From assembly GCA_049513715.1 (NCBI GenBank), contig JBEKVV010000001.1, positions 32,001-96,000 on the forward strand: a stretch of DNA of 64,000 nucleotides. The letters run 5' to 3'. Every line of letters starts with the position of its first letter. The first letter of the stretch is position 1. Both the position numbers and the translations under genes were made by a program. This stretch comes from Candidatus Bathyarchaeia archaeon (GTDB lineage: Archaea; Thermoproteota; Bathyarchaeia; 40CM-2-53-6). The notes under the pieces are model-generated. The model was not told where the DNA came from. It saw only the letters and a program-made list of their open reading frames with translations, and ran no database searches. Shown here one piece after another: positions 51,766-60,743 of the stretch.

Positions 51766-53286
51766 TTGGTTGCAGGAGAGGCCGTGTCGACGTTGCTCTT
51801 CATCAGTGCTCTCGGAATCTACGTGCACGCCTTCTTCCTCTCGATCTCTCTCGGCCTACCCTTCGTGATTGGAGCTCTGCTCTACAAATGGTGGAGAACG
51901 AAGGACAAGGATTACTATGAAGCCGTCAAAACCACAACAGGAGTTCTGGGACTCAACTTCGCGCTTGGAGCCATTACCGGAACTCTTGTGGAATTCGGCC
52001 TAGTTCAAGCATGGCCTGGTTCGATTTTCGTTATCGCGACTTTCGGATTCATGCCGCTCGCCCTCGAACTAATCGCTTTCATCGGCGAAATCGTCATCCT
52101 AATAATCTTCATCGTAACGCTAGGGAGGGTTAAACCTCAGTCCAGTTTGGGAATAATCGCGCTCTACGCTATGATGGCAGTCCTTTCTGGCTTACTGATA
52201 ACCACGGCCAATAGTTGGTTGAACGTTCCCTGGGGAACAGGAAACCTCGCGCAAAGTCTCTACCCGTTTCTGCCGCAGTACGGGCCGCTTGCAGCGGACC
52301 CACAGGCCCTGGTCAGGTTGAAGGTGCAATTCCTTACACGGTCGACGCCCGGTTCACCAGCACAGGCTTTGCAGGATCCGTCTTTTGCGCAAAAGGTGGG
52401 GCTGACTCTCTGGGACCCGTTCGTGGCGTTCGGTTCTCCATACGCCATAGCGAGCATGATACACAACGTCAACGCCGGAATTATAGTGGGAATGGCCTTC
52501 GCGCTTGCGGGATATGGTTACAGGTTCTTCAAGTCAAGCAATAAGAAGAACTTGAAAATCATCCGTGCCTTCTTGCCAATCCTCTTGGTTTCGCTGGTTC
52601 TCCAACCAACCGTCTTCGGCGATTTCATGGGCAAAATGGTGGCAGCCAACCAACCGACCAAATTCGCTCTCATGGAAAACGCTCAGACCACAATCACTAA
52701 CCCACTCATCTCATTCCTGGCGTACGGGGACCCATCAAGACCAATCGTTGGCTTCGATACTTTCGCCAAGGCATGCAACAGCCTCGGGTCAAACACATTG
52801 GCTTCGACGAAACTGAGCAGTGTCTGCTTGTCTGACCTGGCTCTGGCTGAGTCAAGAATTGGCGTTATCAACGCTGCATACTATGCGAAAATTGCTTTCG
52901 GCGTATTGGCTTTGGTTTCTTTAGTTGCACTCACAGCCTACACATTCAAGATTCCCATCTTATCCAAGATCGCGGCGGTTATTTTCAGACGTCTCGGCAA
53001 TAGGGGAACAATTCTACTCCTATCCATCTTGCTCCTTGTATCCACTATCACACCAGCATCGCTGGGCTGGTTCATTCGCGAAAACGGAAGAAAACCTTGG
53101 ACAGTTTACGGTCTGCTCTATCCTTCGGAGATCTCAACCCCTGTCCCAATCAACCCGGTAGTCCTCGCGGCATTCACAATTACGTTCGTGGTTATGGCTG
53201 TGGTTGGCATCTATGGAATGTACGTTGTGTCAACGAAACGCCTGAGGTTCATTGAGCTTCTCAGGAAGGGCGCAGGTGTGGAGTAG
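51766..53286 (+). CDS. cydA: Cytochrome bd oxidase subunit I (CydA)
   Basis: H..F...S.GLP, FA.G..TG..EF, NSW..P, HN..A, QP.K.A.ME, GWF.RE.GRKPW.VYG; GAGGTG SD before TTG 51766. Confidence 0.92.
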   Translation: MVAGEAVSTLLFISALGIYVHAFFLSISLGLPFVIGALLYKWWRTKDKDYYEAVKTTTGVLGLNFALGAITGTLVEFGLVQAWPGSIFVIATFGFMPLALELIAFIGEIVILIIFIVTLGRVKPQSSLGIIALYAMMAVLSGLLITTANSWLNVPWGTGNLAQSLYPFLPQYGPLAADPQALVRLKVQFLTRSTPGSPAQALQDPSFAQKVGLTLWDPFVAFGSPYAIASMIHNVNAGIIVGMAFALAGYGYRFFKSSNKKNLKIIRAFLPILLVSLVLQPTVFGDFMGKMVAANQPTKFALMENAQTTITNPLISFLAYGDPSRPIVGFDTFAKACNSLGSNTLASTKLSSVCLSDLALAESRIGVINAAYYAKIAFGVLALVSLVALTAYTFKIPILSKIAAVIFRRLGNRGTILLLSILLLVSTITPASLGWFIRENGRKPWTVYGLLYPSEISTPVPINPVVLAAFTITFVVMAVVGIYGMYVVSTKRLRFIELLRKGAGVE

Positions 53287-53287
53287 C

Positions 53288-54433
53288 ATGAATGATTTCG
53301 CGTTCCTAGGCTTCTCGGTTCTAGGCATAGCTGTGATTGTTCACCTGATAATTGTGAACATCACGATTGGAACCGGTTGGATTTCAGCGGTCGCACGGTT
53401 CCTCGGCTGGAGACGCAACGCCCCTGAGCTGGAGATAATGTCTCGCAAGGTTTTCAAAATCCTCGTGATTCACGAACTATTCAGCGGAGTCTGGGGCACG
53501 ATCATAACCGTCGTTTTGGCAGGCTTCTTTCCTACATTGACAGCTATTGCAACAGACATAATGTTCTACCCAATTCTACTGGCCCTATCAGCCATCTTCG
53601 TCAGAATTCCTTCAATCGCCCTCTTCTGGTACACTTGGGGAAAGCTGAGGCCAGCAATTCACTCTCTACTCGGCTTCGTTATGGCACTTTCAGGGTTCGG
53701 CATACCACTCGGATTCAGGTACATCTTCGCCGAGTTGACCCATCCCTTTGGCCTCGCCTTGGCTCTCCAAGGCTCACGAGACCTAGCCAGAGTTGCGGTC
53801 TTCTTCAACCCACTATACCTTCCACTTATCTTTCACACTTGGTTCGGCGCAATGTCCATCGGGGGTTTCGTTGTTGCATCATTCTTCGCAATCAAGGCAA
53901 ATGTGAACGCGAAGTTCGCTTGGATAGGACTATGGCACGGTGTGCTCTTCCTCGCGCTCCAGGGTCTAATAGGTCCAACCTATCTTGTAACTCTCTCCGG
54001 GATGGCACCGATTCTTTTCAATAACATCACTGGTGCAGCCCAATCCAACTTCAACATCCTGCCGATTTTTGCCACCAAGATAGTTGTCATTGGGTTGCTG
54101 CTCGTGGTTTCCGCGGCAGCCTGGAGCAAGATTAGAAGAGGCGCCGGGCAAGTTCCTAGGTACGCGCTCACTCTAGGCCCGGTAGCTGTGGTGGTCGCGA
54201 TGATTGGCGAGTTCATGAACGATGGCGGACGATACCCGTTCATGGTTCTAATGGGCCAGACTGGCATTAGCCCTGAAGCCTTCATGAATCTCTACTTGCA
54301 GGTTCCAACAGGCATCGCATATGCAATTGTCGGAACCCTACTTGCCTTCGTCGCATTGTTCATGGCAACGGCCTACTATGCTTTGAATCGGAGATTCCTC
54401 TCAGACCTGCCAGACGAGACCTTTAGTCCCTAG
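53288..54433 (+). CDS. Second CydA homologue (CydA')
   Basis: VH...VN.TIG, GVWGT, FHTWFG, GE..ND.GRYPF: a CydA-like rather than CydB-like pattern. Confidence 0.8.
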   Translation: MNDFAFLGFSVLGIAVIVHLIIVNITIGTGWISAVARFLGWRRNAPELEIMSRKVFKILVIHELFSGVWGTIITVVLAGFFPTLTAIATDIMFYPILLALSAIFVRIPSIALFWYTWGKLRPAIHSLLGFVMALSGFGIPLGFRYIFAELTHPFGLALALQGSRDLARVAVFFNPLYLPLIFHTWFGAMSIGGFVVASFFAIKANVNAKFAWIGLWHGVLFLALQGLIGPTYLVTLSGMAPILFNNITGAAQSNFNILPIFATKIVVIGLLLVVSAAAWSKIRRGAGQVPRYALTLGPVAVVVAMIGEFMNDGGRYPFMVLMGQTGISPEAFMNLYLQVPTGIAYAIVGTLLAFVALFMATAYYALNRRFLSDLPDETFSP

Positions 54434-54573
54434 GCGTCTGGCTTAGGGAGGAGCCGTTGGTACTCGGCGTCCGCCTTGAAGTCGATAGAGTAGTCAGCGA
54501 AGTAGTCCTCCAAGTTTCTGAGGTCGCGTAAGAGCAACGGTTTCGCTTCCTCAACTGGTCTGACAGGTTCCAC
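54430..54573 (-). CDS. Possible 47-aa protein
   Basis: GTG..TAG: MEPVRPVEEAKPLLLRDLRNLEDYFADYSIDFKADAEYQRLLPKPDA; fills the gap and shares the CTAG stop palindrome with cydA'. Confidence 0.35.
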   Translation of the reverse strand: MEPVRPVEEAKPLLLRDLRNLEDYFADYSIDFKADAEYQRLLPKPDA

Positions 54574-54625
54574 AGACTACTTAATTACTGGAAACCTAAT
54601 TTCGGCCGCTTTACTGTAGGAAAGA

Positions 54626-55600
54626 GTGTACGTGTCAACAGCTGAGCATCAAATTGCGGGTATTCACCACGTTACCGCAATTGCTAGCGACCCACAAAGG
54701 AACATCGACTTCTACGTGGGCCTTCTAGGCCTTCGCTTGGTCAAACTGACCGTGAATTTTGACGACCCCAAAAGTTACCATCTCTATTATGGTGACAAAG
54801 TGGGTCACCCAGGGACTATCCTAACGTTCTTCGCTTGGCCGTATGGGCCGCAAGGGCGGCCCGGGACAGGGCAGCTCACGACCACCTCGTTCTCGATACC
54901 GGAGGGTTCAATGGAGTTCTGGATGGAACAATTCCGGCGCCACGGTATCCCGTTTCATGGCCCAACAGCAAAATTCGGGGAGCAAATCCTTACGTTCAAC
55001 GATCCGGATGCCCTGCAACTGGAACTCGTCACCTGCCAAGATACTCATGAGGGCGAGCTCTGGGAAGATGGACCGATACCCGCGAAGTACGCGATCAGGC
55101 GTTTTCGCGGCGTCACACTCACTGAATCCAACTACGACCGAACAGCATCACTCCTCACCCAAACACTGGGGTTCCGAAAGAGTCAGGAGCATAATGCCTC
55201 AACTAGATTCGTAACTGTCAACGGAACCACTGTGGATCTCCTCGTCCCACGTGATCTCTTCCGTGGGGAAGTCAGCGTTGGCACGGTTCATCATGTCGCG
55301 TGGAGGACGCCGGACGATGACCAACAGAAGACTTGGCGCGAAAGGCTGGTGAAGCTGGGGCTCAACGTAACGCCGGTAATTGACCGACAGTATTTTCACT
55401 CGATCTACTTCCGTGAGCCTGGCGGCGCACTCTTCGAGATCGCAACGGACCCGCCCGGATTCACCGTGGACGAGCCCGCCGAACAACTCGGCATGCAACT
55501 AAGACTCCCCCCTTGGTTGGAACCACAAAGGCAGGAATTGATGGAGGCGTTGCCACATGTGCAAAATCCGACCATCGTGAGAATTCCAGAGGAAAGCTAA
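54626..55600 (+). CDS. Ring-cleaving dioxygenase / VOC family (MhqO-like)
   Basis: GIHHVTAI, LVK.TVNFDD..YHLYY, VHHVAWR, DR.YF.SIYFREPGG.LFEIATD.PGF. Confidence 0.93.
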   Translation: MYVSTAEHQIAGIHHVTAIASDPQRNIDFYVGLLGLRLVKLTVNFDDPKSYHLYYGDKVGHPGTILTFFAWPYGPQGRPGTGQLTTTSFSIPEGSMEFWMEQFRRHGIPFHGPTAKFGEQILTFNDPDALQLELVTCQDTHEGELWEDGPIPAKYAIRRFRGVTLTESNYDRTASLLTQTLGFRKSQEHNASTRFVTVNGTTVDLLVPRDLFRGEVSVGTVHHVAWRTPDDDQQKTWRERLVKLGLNVTPVIDRQYFHSIYFREPGGALFEIATDPPGFTVDEPAEQLGMQLRLPPWLEPQRQELMEALPHVQNPTIVRIPEES

Positions 55601-55672
55601 TTCCAATTTCAGGAACTGGTCGAAGGATTCTAGTCCTGATAGTTCTTGTTTGAGCTTGGGGTTGAAATCAGA

Positions 55673-55873
55673 ATGACTTCTATGGGGACAAAGGTAATTG
55701 GAACAATCGTGGTCGGCGTTGCTTGGTTCTCCTTCATAGTGCTTTACTTGGCGTTCTTCGCTGAGAGTTCTAACATCTGGCAGAAGGCAGCCATATTCCT
55801 AGCATCAGGGGCTATCGCTAGTGGAATAGTCGTGGTCATTTGGATAAAATGGGCGTTCAAGAAATTAGGCTAG
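55673..55873 (+). CDS. Small two-TM membrane protein
   Basis: Two hydrophobic helices. Confidence 0.7.
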   Translation: MTSMGTKVIGTIVVGVAWFSFIVLYLAFFAESSNIWQKAAIFLASGAIASGIVVVIWIKWAFKKLG

Positions 55874-56364
55874 AGCGAGGAATCATAGGCTCGCCAATCA
55901 GTGGGTGGATGGATTGCGGGCCTAGTGCCCTGCTTTGCGTTCCAATGTTCTTACTCGCGCATCCAGTTCCTTGACGCGTTTTGAGAGCCCATCGATTGCT
56001 CGGTGGTGGCCATAGCTATGGTCTACAAGCTCACCCAGTAGCCGCTTCAGTTCCTTTGCAGTTTTCGCTTCTACCAACTACCACATCCCCAATTCAGATC
56101 AGGAAACAACCGCTCCCCATAAATCAATTACCCCTTTTCTTGCGCTTATACAACCGCTTATGATTCGCTTTTCGGGACTCGCCGAGATTTCTGAGCATAA
56201 ATGAAGTACAAGTACGTCGTATTAACGAAAACGGCCTTGCTCGTTTATGTCTCAGCTCGCCGGGAACATAGTAGTAGAATTTCTCCGATTCTTTCAAATG
56301 CATTGCCTAAAGACCTAAGGCTGTGCGGTTCTCTTTAGCGAGCAGAGAGAGTGCAGATTCTCCT

Positions 56365-57969
56365 ATGAAGGTCGCCGAGCTCCTAGTTCGTTGTCTCGAG
56401 AACGAAGGCGTCAAGTTCGCATTCGGCATACCGGGGGAAGAGAACCTCGATTTGATGGACGCGCTTCACGACAGCACGATTCGTTTCATTCCAACCCGCC
56501 ATGAAGAAGCGGCCGCTTTCATGGCCGACGCCTTCGGCCGTACCACGGGACAGGCAGGGGTTTGCTTGGCAACTCTAGGGCCGGGAGCAACAAACCTTGT
56601 CACCGGCATAGCAGACGCCTTCTTGGATAGGGCTCCATTGGTTGCGATAACTGCACAGGAGCCCTTGTCTCAGATCCACAAGGAATCGCACCAATACATC
56701 GACATCCTCGAGGTCTTCAAACCCATAACTAAATGGAACGCCCGCCTTGAGAACGCAGTAAGCTGCACTGAAATTGTGCGAAAGGCGTTCAAAACCGCTC
56801 AGGCTGAAAAGCCAGGGTCGACACACATCGAGCTTCCAGACGACGTAGCCAAGACCGAGACCGAAGGAGAGCCGATACCTTGGGAGCGGACGCGTCGGCC
56901 ATCACCCGACCGTCAGAGTATCCAGAAGGCCGCCGCGCTCATTTCCGAAGCCAAAAGCCCAATGATTCTGGCCGGGAACGGAGTAATCAGAGGGGCTGCC
57001 TCAAATGAGCTTGCGCATTTTGCTGAGGAACACTGCATACCCGTCGCCCACACGTTAATGGGCAAAGGGGCAATTCCTTGGGACTCTCCAATGAGCCTGC
57101 TCACGATAGGATTACGGTCAAATGATTATCAGAACCTAGGGTTCGACACAGCCGACCTTGTCATCTGCATTGGATACGATTTTGTGGAATATGACCCGAG
57201 GTTCTGGAACCCCCATAACGACAAGAAAGTTATTCATATCGATTTCACGCCGGCTGAAGTTTCAGCGAATTACGAGACCACGGTTGAGATCGTGGCTGAC
57301 ATACGCGAATCAATCCAAATACTGCAAGAGAATTGCCGGACCTCAAGGAATGCCGCTAGGGTTCAGGCTCTCCGATCCTCTATCATGTCAGAACTGAAGG
57401 CTTGGGTCGAAGCAGGATCAGGGTCGATGAAGCCACCAGCGATTCTGAAGGAGCTGAGGGAGACAATGGCCCCCGAGGACATCCTCGTGTCTGATGTGGG
57501 TGCCCACAAGATTTGGCTCGGACGTTTCTTCGAAGCCTACAAACCCAAGACGGTTTTCATCTCAAACGGACTTTCGCCGATGGGATTCGCATTGCCTGCT
57601 GGGTTAGCGGTTAAATTGGCACAGCCCGAGCGGCGGGTTGTCACGTTGAGCGGGGACGGAGGTTTCATGATGAGCGTGCATGAACTCGAAACCGCCCGCC
57701 GCGAACGTTTAGCGACCGTAAACATTGTTTTTCGAGACGGAGGGTTCGGCAGCATTCGGTGGAAGCAACTCAATAAGTTCGGGCGCACTACCGGCGTCGA
57801 CTTCCTAAACCCTGATCTCCCAGAACTGGCAAAGGCATTCGGACTTCGGGGATTTCAGGTGACTTCCCCCAAAGACCTAGCCTCTGTCCTCGAGGAGGCT
57901 ATGGAGCTGAAGGAACCGTCTCTAGTGGACGTTCCAGTCGACTATAGTGACAACCCATTTTCTGGCTAG
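56365..57969 (+). CDS. Acetolactate synthase large-subunit family (ThDP) enzyme
   Basis: FGIPGEEN, RHE..AAFMA, TLGPGATN, DVGAHK, GDGGF.M...ELET. Confidence 0.93.
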   Translation: MKVAELLVRCLENEGVKFAFGIPGEENLDLMDALHDSTIRFIPTRHEEAAAFMADAFGRTTGQAGVCLATLGPGATNLVTGIADAFLDRAPLVAITAQEPLSQIHKESHQYIDILEVFKPITKWNARLENAVSCTEIVRKAFKTAQAEKPGSTHIELPDDVAKTETEGEPIPWERTRRPSPDRQSIQKAAALISEAKSPMILAGNGVIRGAASNELAHFAEEHCIPVAHTLMGKGAIPWDSPMSLLTIGLRSNDYQNLGFDTADLVICIGYDFVEYDPRFWNPHNDKKVIHIDFTPAEVSANYETTVEIVADIRESIQILQENCRTSRNAARVQALRSSIMSELKAWVEAGSGSMKPPAILKELRETMAPEDILVSDVGAHKIWLGRFFEAYKPKTVFISNGLSPMGFALPAGLAVKLAQPERRVVTLSGDGGFMMSVHELETARRERLATVNIVFRDGGFGSIRWKQLNKFGRTTGVDFLNPDLPELAKAFGLRGFQVTSPKDLASVLEEAMELKEPSLVDVPVDYSDNPFSG

Positions 57970-58363
57970 AGAAGAGGGGCAGTTGTTGCGCCCTGCTGAA
58001 CACCAAACGCCCCTCTTTCGATGAGTTATAGAGAGGTTTTTCGTTCATGTAAGTCGCGACAAAGGCGGTCGTTAGGCGTAGAATTGCACGCTGAGCGGGG
58101 GATTACTTCCTGAGTACTTTCACCCGAAAACGGGGTTATCTGACCTGGGATTTGCACTTAATCTTCCCCGTGCGTTCATTGACATAGGTGCATAATTCTC
58201 GAAGATTTCGAGGAGGGGGTTGACTGCCTGAGTTGACTTGATTGTGCATGAGTCGACATCTAGTATTAGCGGAGACCGCGTGCTGGCTCTCTTGGTTGAA
58301 TCACTTTCAGCCATGTCTCCTGATTATTCTGACAAACGTGGATTCTATGGGTTGGTGATAATT

Positions 58364-58489
58364 GTGAGGAAATTCGATGTTGTCAAGGTCTGCAAGCACC
58401 TAAGGAAGATTCGTTTTCTTTTCAGAGACGAACGGTACGAGTTTCTTAGGTGTGAGGGCTGCGGGCAGATTGTTCGCCTGCCCCTCTAA
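58364..58489 (+). CDS. Possible tiny zinc-ribbon protein
   Basis: CKH..CEGC in about 41 aa. Confidence 0.4.
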   Translation: MRKFDVVKVCKHLRKIRFLFRDERYEFLRCEGCGQIVRLPL

Positions 58490-58564
58490 CCCTTCCTTTA
58501 CCTTGAACTTGTGGCGTAAGGCGTATTAGCCAACGCGCCGCAGCTTTCATTAGGGTTAGTTGGT

Positions 58565-58888
58565 TTGGTGGAGGTCGAACTAGGCGACCTCAAAAAGGTC
58601 GGTAAGGATATTGCTGAAATTCTAGGCCAAAGACTGAAGGCGCAGGTCGAAGTGAAAGGAAGATCGCTCATTGTGCCTGACAGCGTCAACGGAAAGCACT
58701 ACAGCGTGAAGGACATGAAGCCACACGTGAAGCATGCGCTGCACCAACTTGGCCTTTCTGAAGAATACCGGGTCCTAGCAGAGCACCACAAAATCCGCAT
58801 AGTCAAAGTTGAGGAGAAAGTCAAGTACGCGGAGCGGGAAGGCGGAGCACCACCACCCACACAGTCGCTACCCTACTTCTTCCCCTGA
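58565..58888 (+). CDS. Hypothetical protein, possibly eL22 (L22e)-like
   Basis: Size and pattern (A..L..RLK..VEV.G..LIV; K..VKH.LH..GL.E.YRVL) recall archaeal eL22 homologues. Confidence 0.5.
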   Translation: MVEVELGDLKKVGKDIAEILGQRLKAQVEVKGRSLIVPDSVNGKHYSVKDMKPHVKHALHQLGLSEEYRVLAEHHKIRIVKVEEKVKYAEREGGAPPPTQSLPYFFP

Positions 58889-58930
58889 AGTCAGCACGAC
58901 CAAGATGTGTTCAAGCGGTAACTTTGGATT

Positions 58931-59509
58931 TCAACCCAAATCTGATACCGTAATCCGCTTGGCGCCCTTCGACGCCATTTCCTGCAACGCTTGGTCTGAG
59001 TCGTCGAGTTTCACGTTGACGCCTTTCGACGCGTCGTCTAGGTGGTACACTCTGAAGCCGAACTTCAATCCGTCCAGAACGGTCTCTCTCACGCAGTAAT
59101 CAGTTGCAAGGCCACCAACCAGTAGCGTAGTGATTCCTTGCCGCCGCAGCCTCTCCGCCATATCTGTTCCTTGAAAGAACGAGTACGCCTCGTCTTTCTC
59201 GTCGGCCTTCGAGATGACTTCTCCTGGAGCGGGTGGTATTAGGTCGGGGTGGAACTTCGCTCCGTCTGTTCCTTGAACACAATGGGGTGGCCACGGGCCG
59301 CCTTCCGCTTTGAAGGAGCTGTGGTCCTGTGGATGCCAATCTCGAGTGTAGAAGATCGGTGCACCCGCCTTACGGAATAGTTGGATGTACTTGTTGAGGA
59401 CAGGCACAACTTTATCGCCGTTTGAAACGGCGAGCGCGCCGCCTGGGCAGAAGTCATTCTGAATATCCACAACAACTAGCGCAGTGTACTTATCGATTGC
59501 AAGAGTCAA
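58931..59509 (-). CDS. pncA: Nicotinamidase/pyrazinamidase
   Basis: VDIQNDFCPGGALAV, DWHP..H.SF, WPPHCVQGT, GLATDYCV. Confidence 0.93.
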   Translation of the reverse strand: MTLAIDKYTALVVVDIQNDFCPGGALAVSNGDKVVPVLNKYIQLFRKAGAPIFYTRDWHPQDHSSFKAEGGPWPPHCVQGTDGAKFHPDLIPPAPGEVISKADEKDEAYSFFQGTDMAERLRRQGITTLLVGGLATDYCVRETVLDGLKFGFRVYHLDDASKGVNVKLDDSDQALQEMASKGAKRITVSDLG

Positions 59510-59684
59510 TTCTTTGTCGTTGTTCGTGGGACGGCGGTCGAAATTAAGGGTTCCTTGAATTCACAGCGTTTCCAGTGTACTGCGATTTGTGGATGATAGT
59601 AATCCCAACCGTAATCCTAATTTATCTTCATTTGGTTCACCGGCGGGTTCGAAGAGCGCATAGGATATGCCTGCTTGAGGGTGC

Positions 59685-60458
59685 TTGGCTTTGGATTATC
59701 TGAGTGCGATCATACTGGCGGTTGTTGAAGGGCTTACTGAGTTTCTACCTGTGTCGTCTACGGGCCACTTGATTCTAGCCGCGACGCTACTGGGTTTACA
59801 GCAGACAGCATTTGTGAAGAGTTTTGAGCTTGCTTTGGAATTTGGTTCAATTCTAGCCGTGGTCGTTCTGTATTGGAGGCTTTTTCTGAGTTTTGAGGTT
59901 CTGAAACGTTTGGCCGTGGCTTTCATTCCAACAGGGATAGTGGGGCTATTGATCTACCGCATTTTCAAGGACGTGTTGTTGGGGAACGAGCAAGTTGTCT
60001 TGTGGGCTTTGCTGCTGGGTGGCATATTCATTATCATCTTCGAGTGGCGATACAAGGAACGTTCGGAAATCGACGACATAGCCAAAATCCCCTACGTTCA
60101 CTGTTTGCTTATCGGTATTTGTCAATCCATCTCAGTCGTACCCGGAGTTTCAAGGTCTGCCCCAACAATCATGGCTGGGTTGGCTTTGGGTATGAAACGG
60201 CAAACAATCGTCTTGTTCTCGTTCCTACTCGCCGTACCCACGATGGTCGCCGCTTCCGGGTTTGACCTGCTAATGTCCTACAGCGAGTTTTCGTCAGGAC
60301 AAATCGATTTTCTTGCCGTTGGGTTTGTGGTATCGTTTTTGGTTGCGTTGCCCGCCCTCAAATACTTCCTTGAGTACGTGAAGAAGAACAATTTCATTCC
60401 ATTTGGGGTCTACAGGATTCTCCTGGTTGTGTTGTTTTTCTTTCTAGTGATCCTGTAA
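59685..60458 (+). CDS. uppP: Undecaprenyl-diphosphatase (BacA/UppP family)
   Basis: EGLTEFLPVSSTGH, PGVSRS, FSFLLA.P, F..YR. Confidence 0.9.
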   Translation: MALDYLSAIILAVVEGLTEFLPVSSTGHLILAATLLGLQQTAFVKSFELALEFGSILAVVVLYWRLFLSFEVLKRLAVAFIPTGIVGLLIYRIFKDVLLGNEQVVLWALLLGGIFIIIFEWRYKERSEIDDIAKIPYVHCLLIGICQSISVVPGVSRSAPTIMAGLALGMKRQTIVLFSFLLAVPTMVAASGFDLLMSYSEFSSGQIDFLAVGFVVSFLVALPALKYFLEYVKKNNFIPFGVYRILLVVLFFFLVIL

Positions 60459-60743
60459 GCCATCGAGCAGACTCGCCAATAGTTAGTCAAGCTATATCAG
60501 CCGCGTCTGCATTTCGTAGCGTTGCCGGGGGTTGCCAAATTCCCGAAGGATTTCCCCAAATGACTGCGGGTGCAATTTCTCCAAACAGAGAAGAAAGTTT
60601 CATCATGCTCCTCAAGTTTGATTCGGTTTCGTTCACCCATATCGAACCACATACCTCGGCGTTGTCGAACTAGCACGTCGAGGTCACGGCTTGCCATGGG
60701 AGCAGAAGTGAAGATAGTGATTGTGTGCTTTGTACGAATCTAT

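Noticed and set aside
55874..56364. Long intergenic gaps (also 57970-58360 and 28707-28960) as ncRNA or riboswitch
   Set aside because: Only isolated short hairpins, such as GCAAGAACCC..GGGTTCCTTGC near 28715; no RNA family recognised
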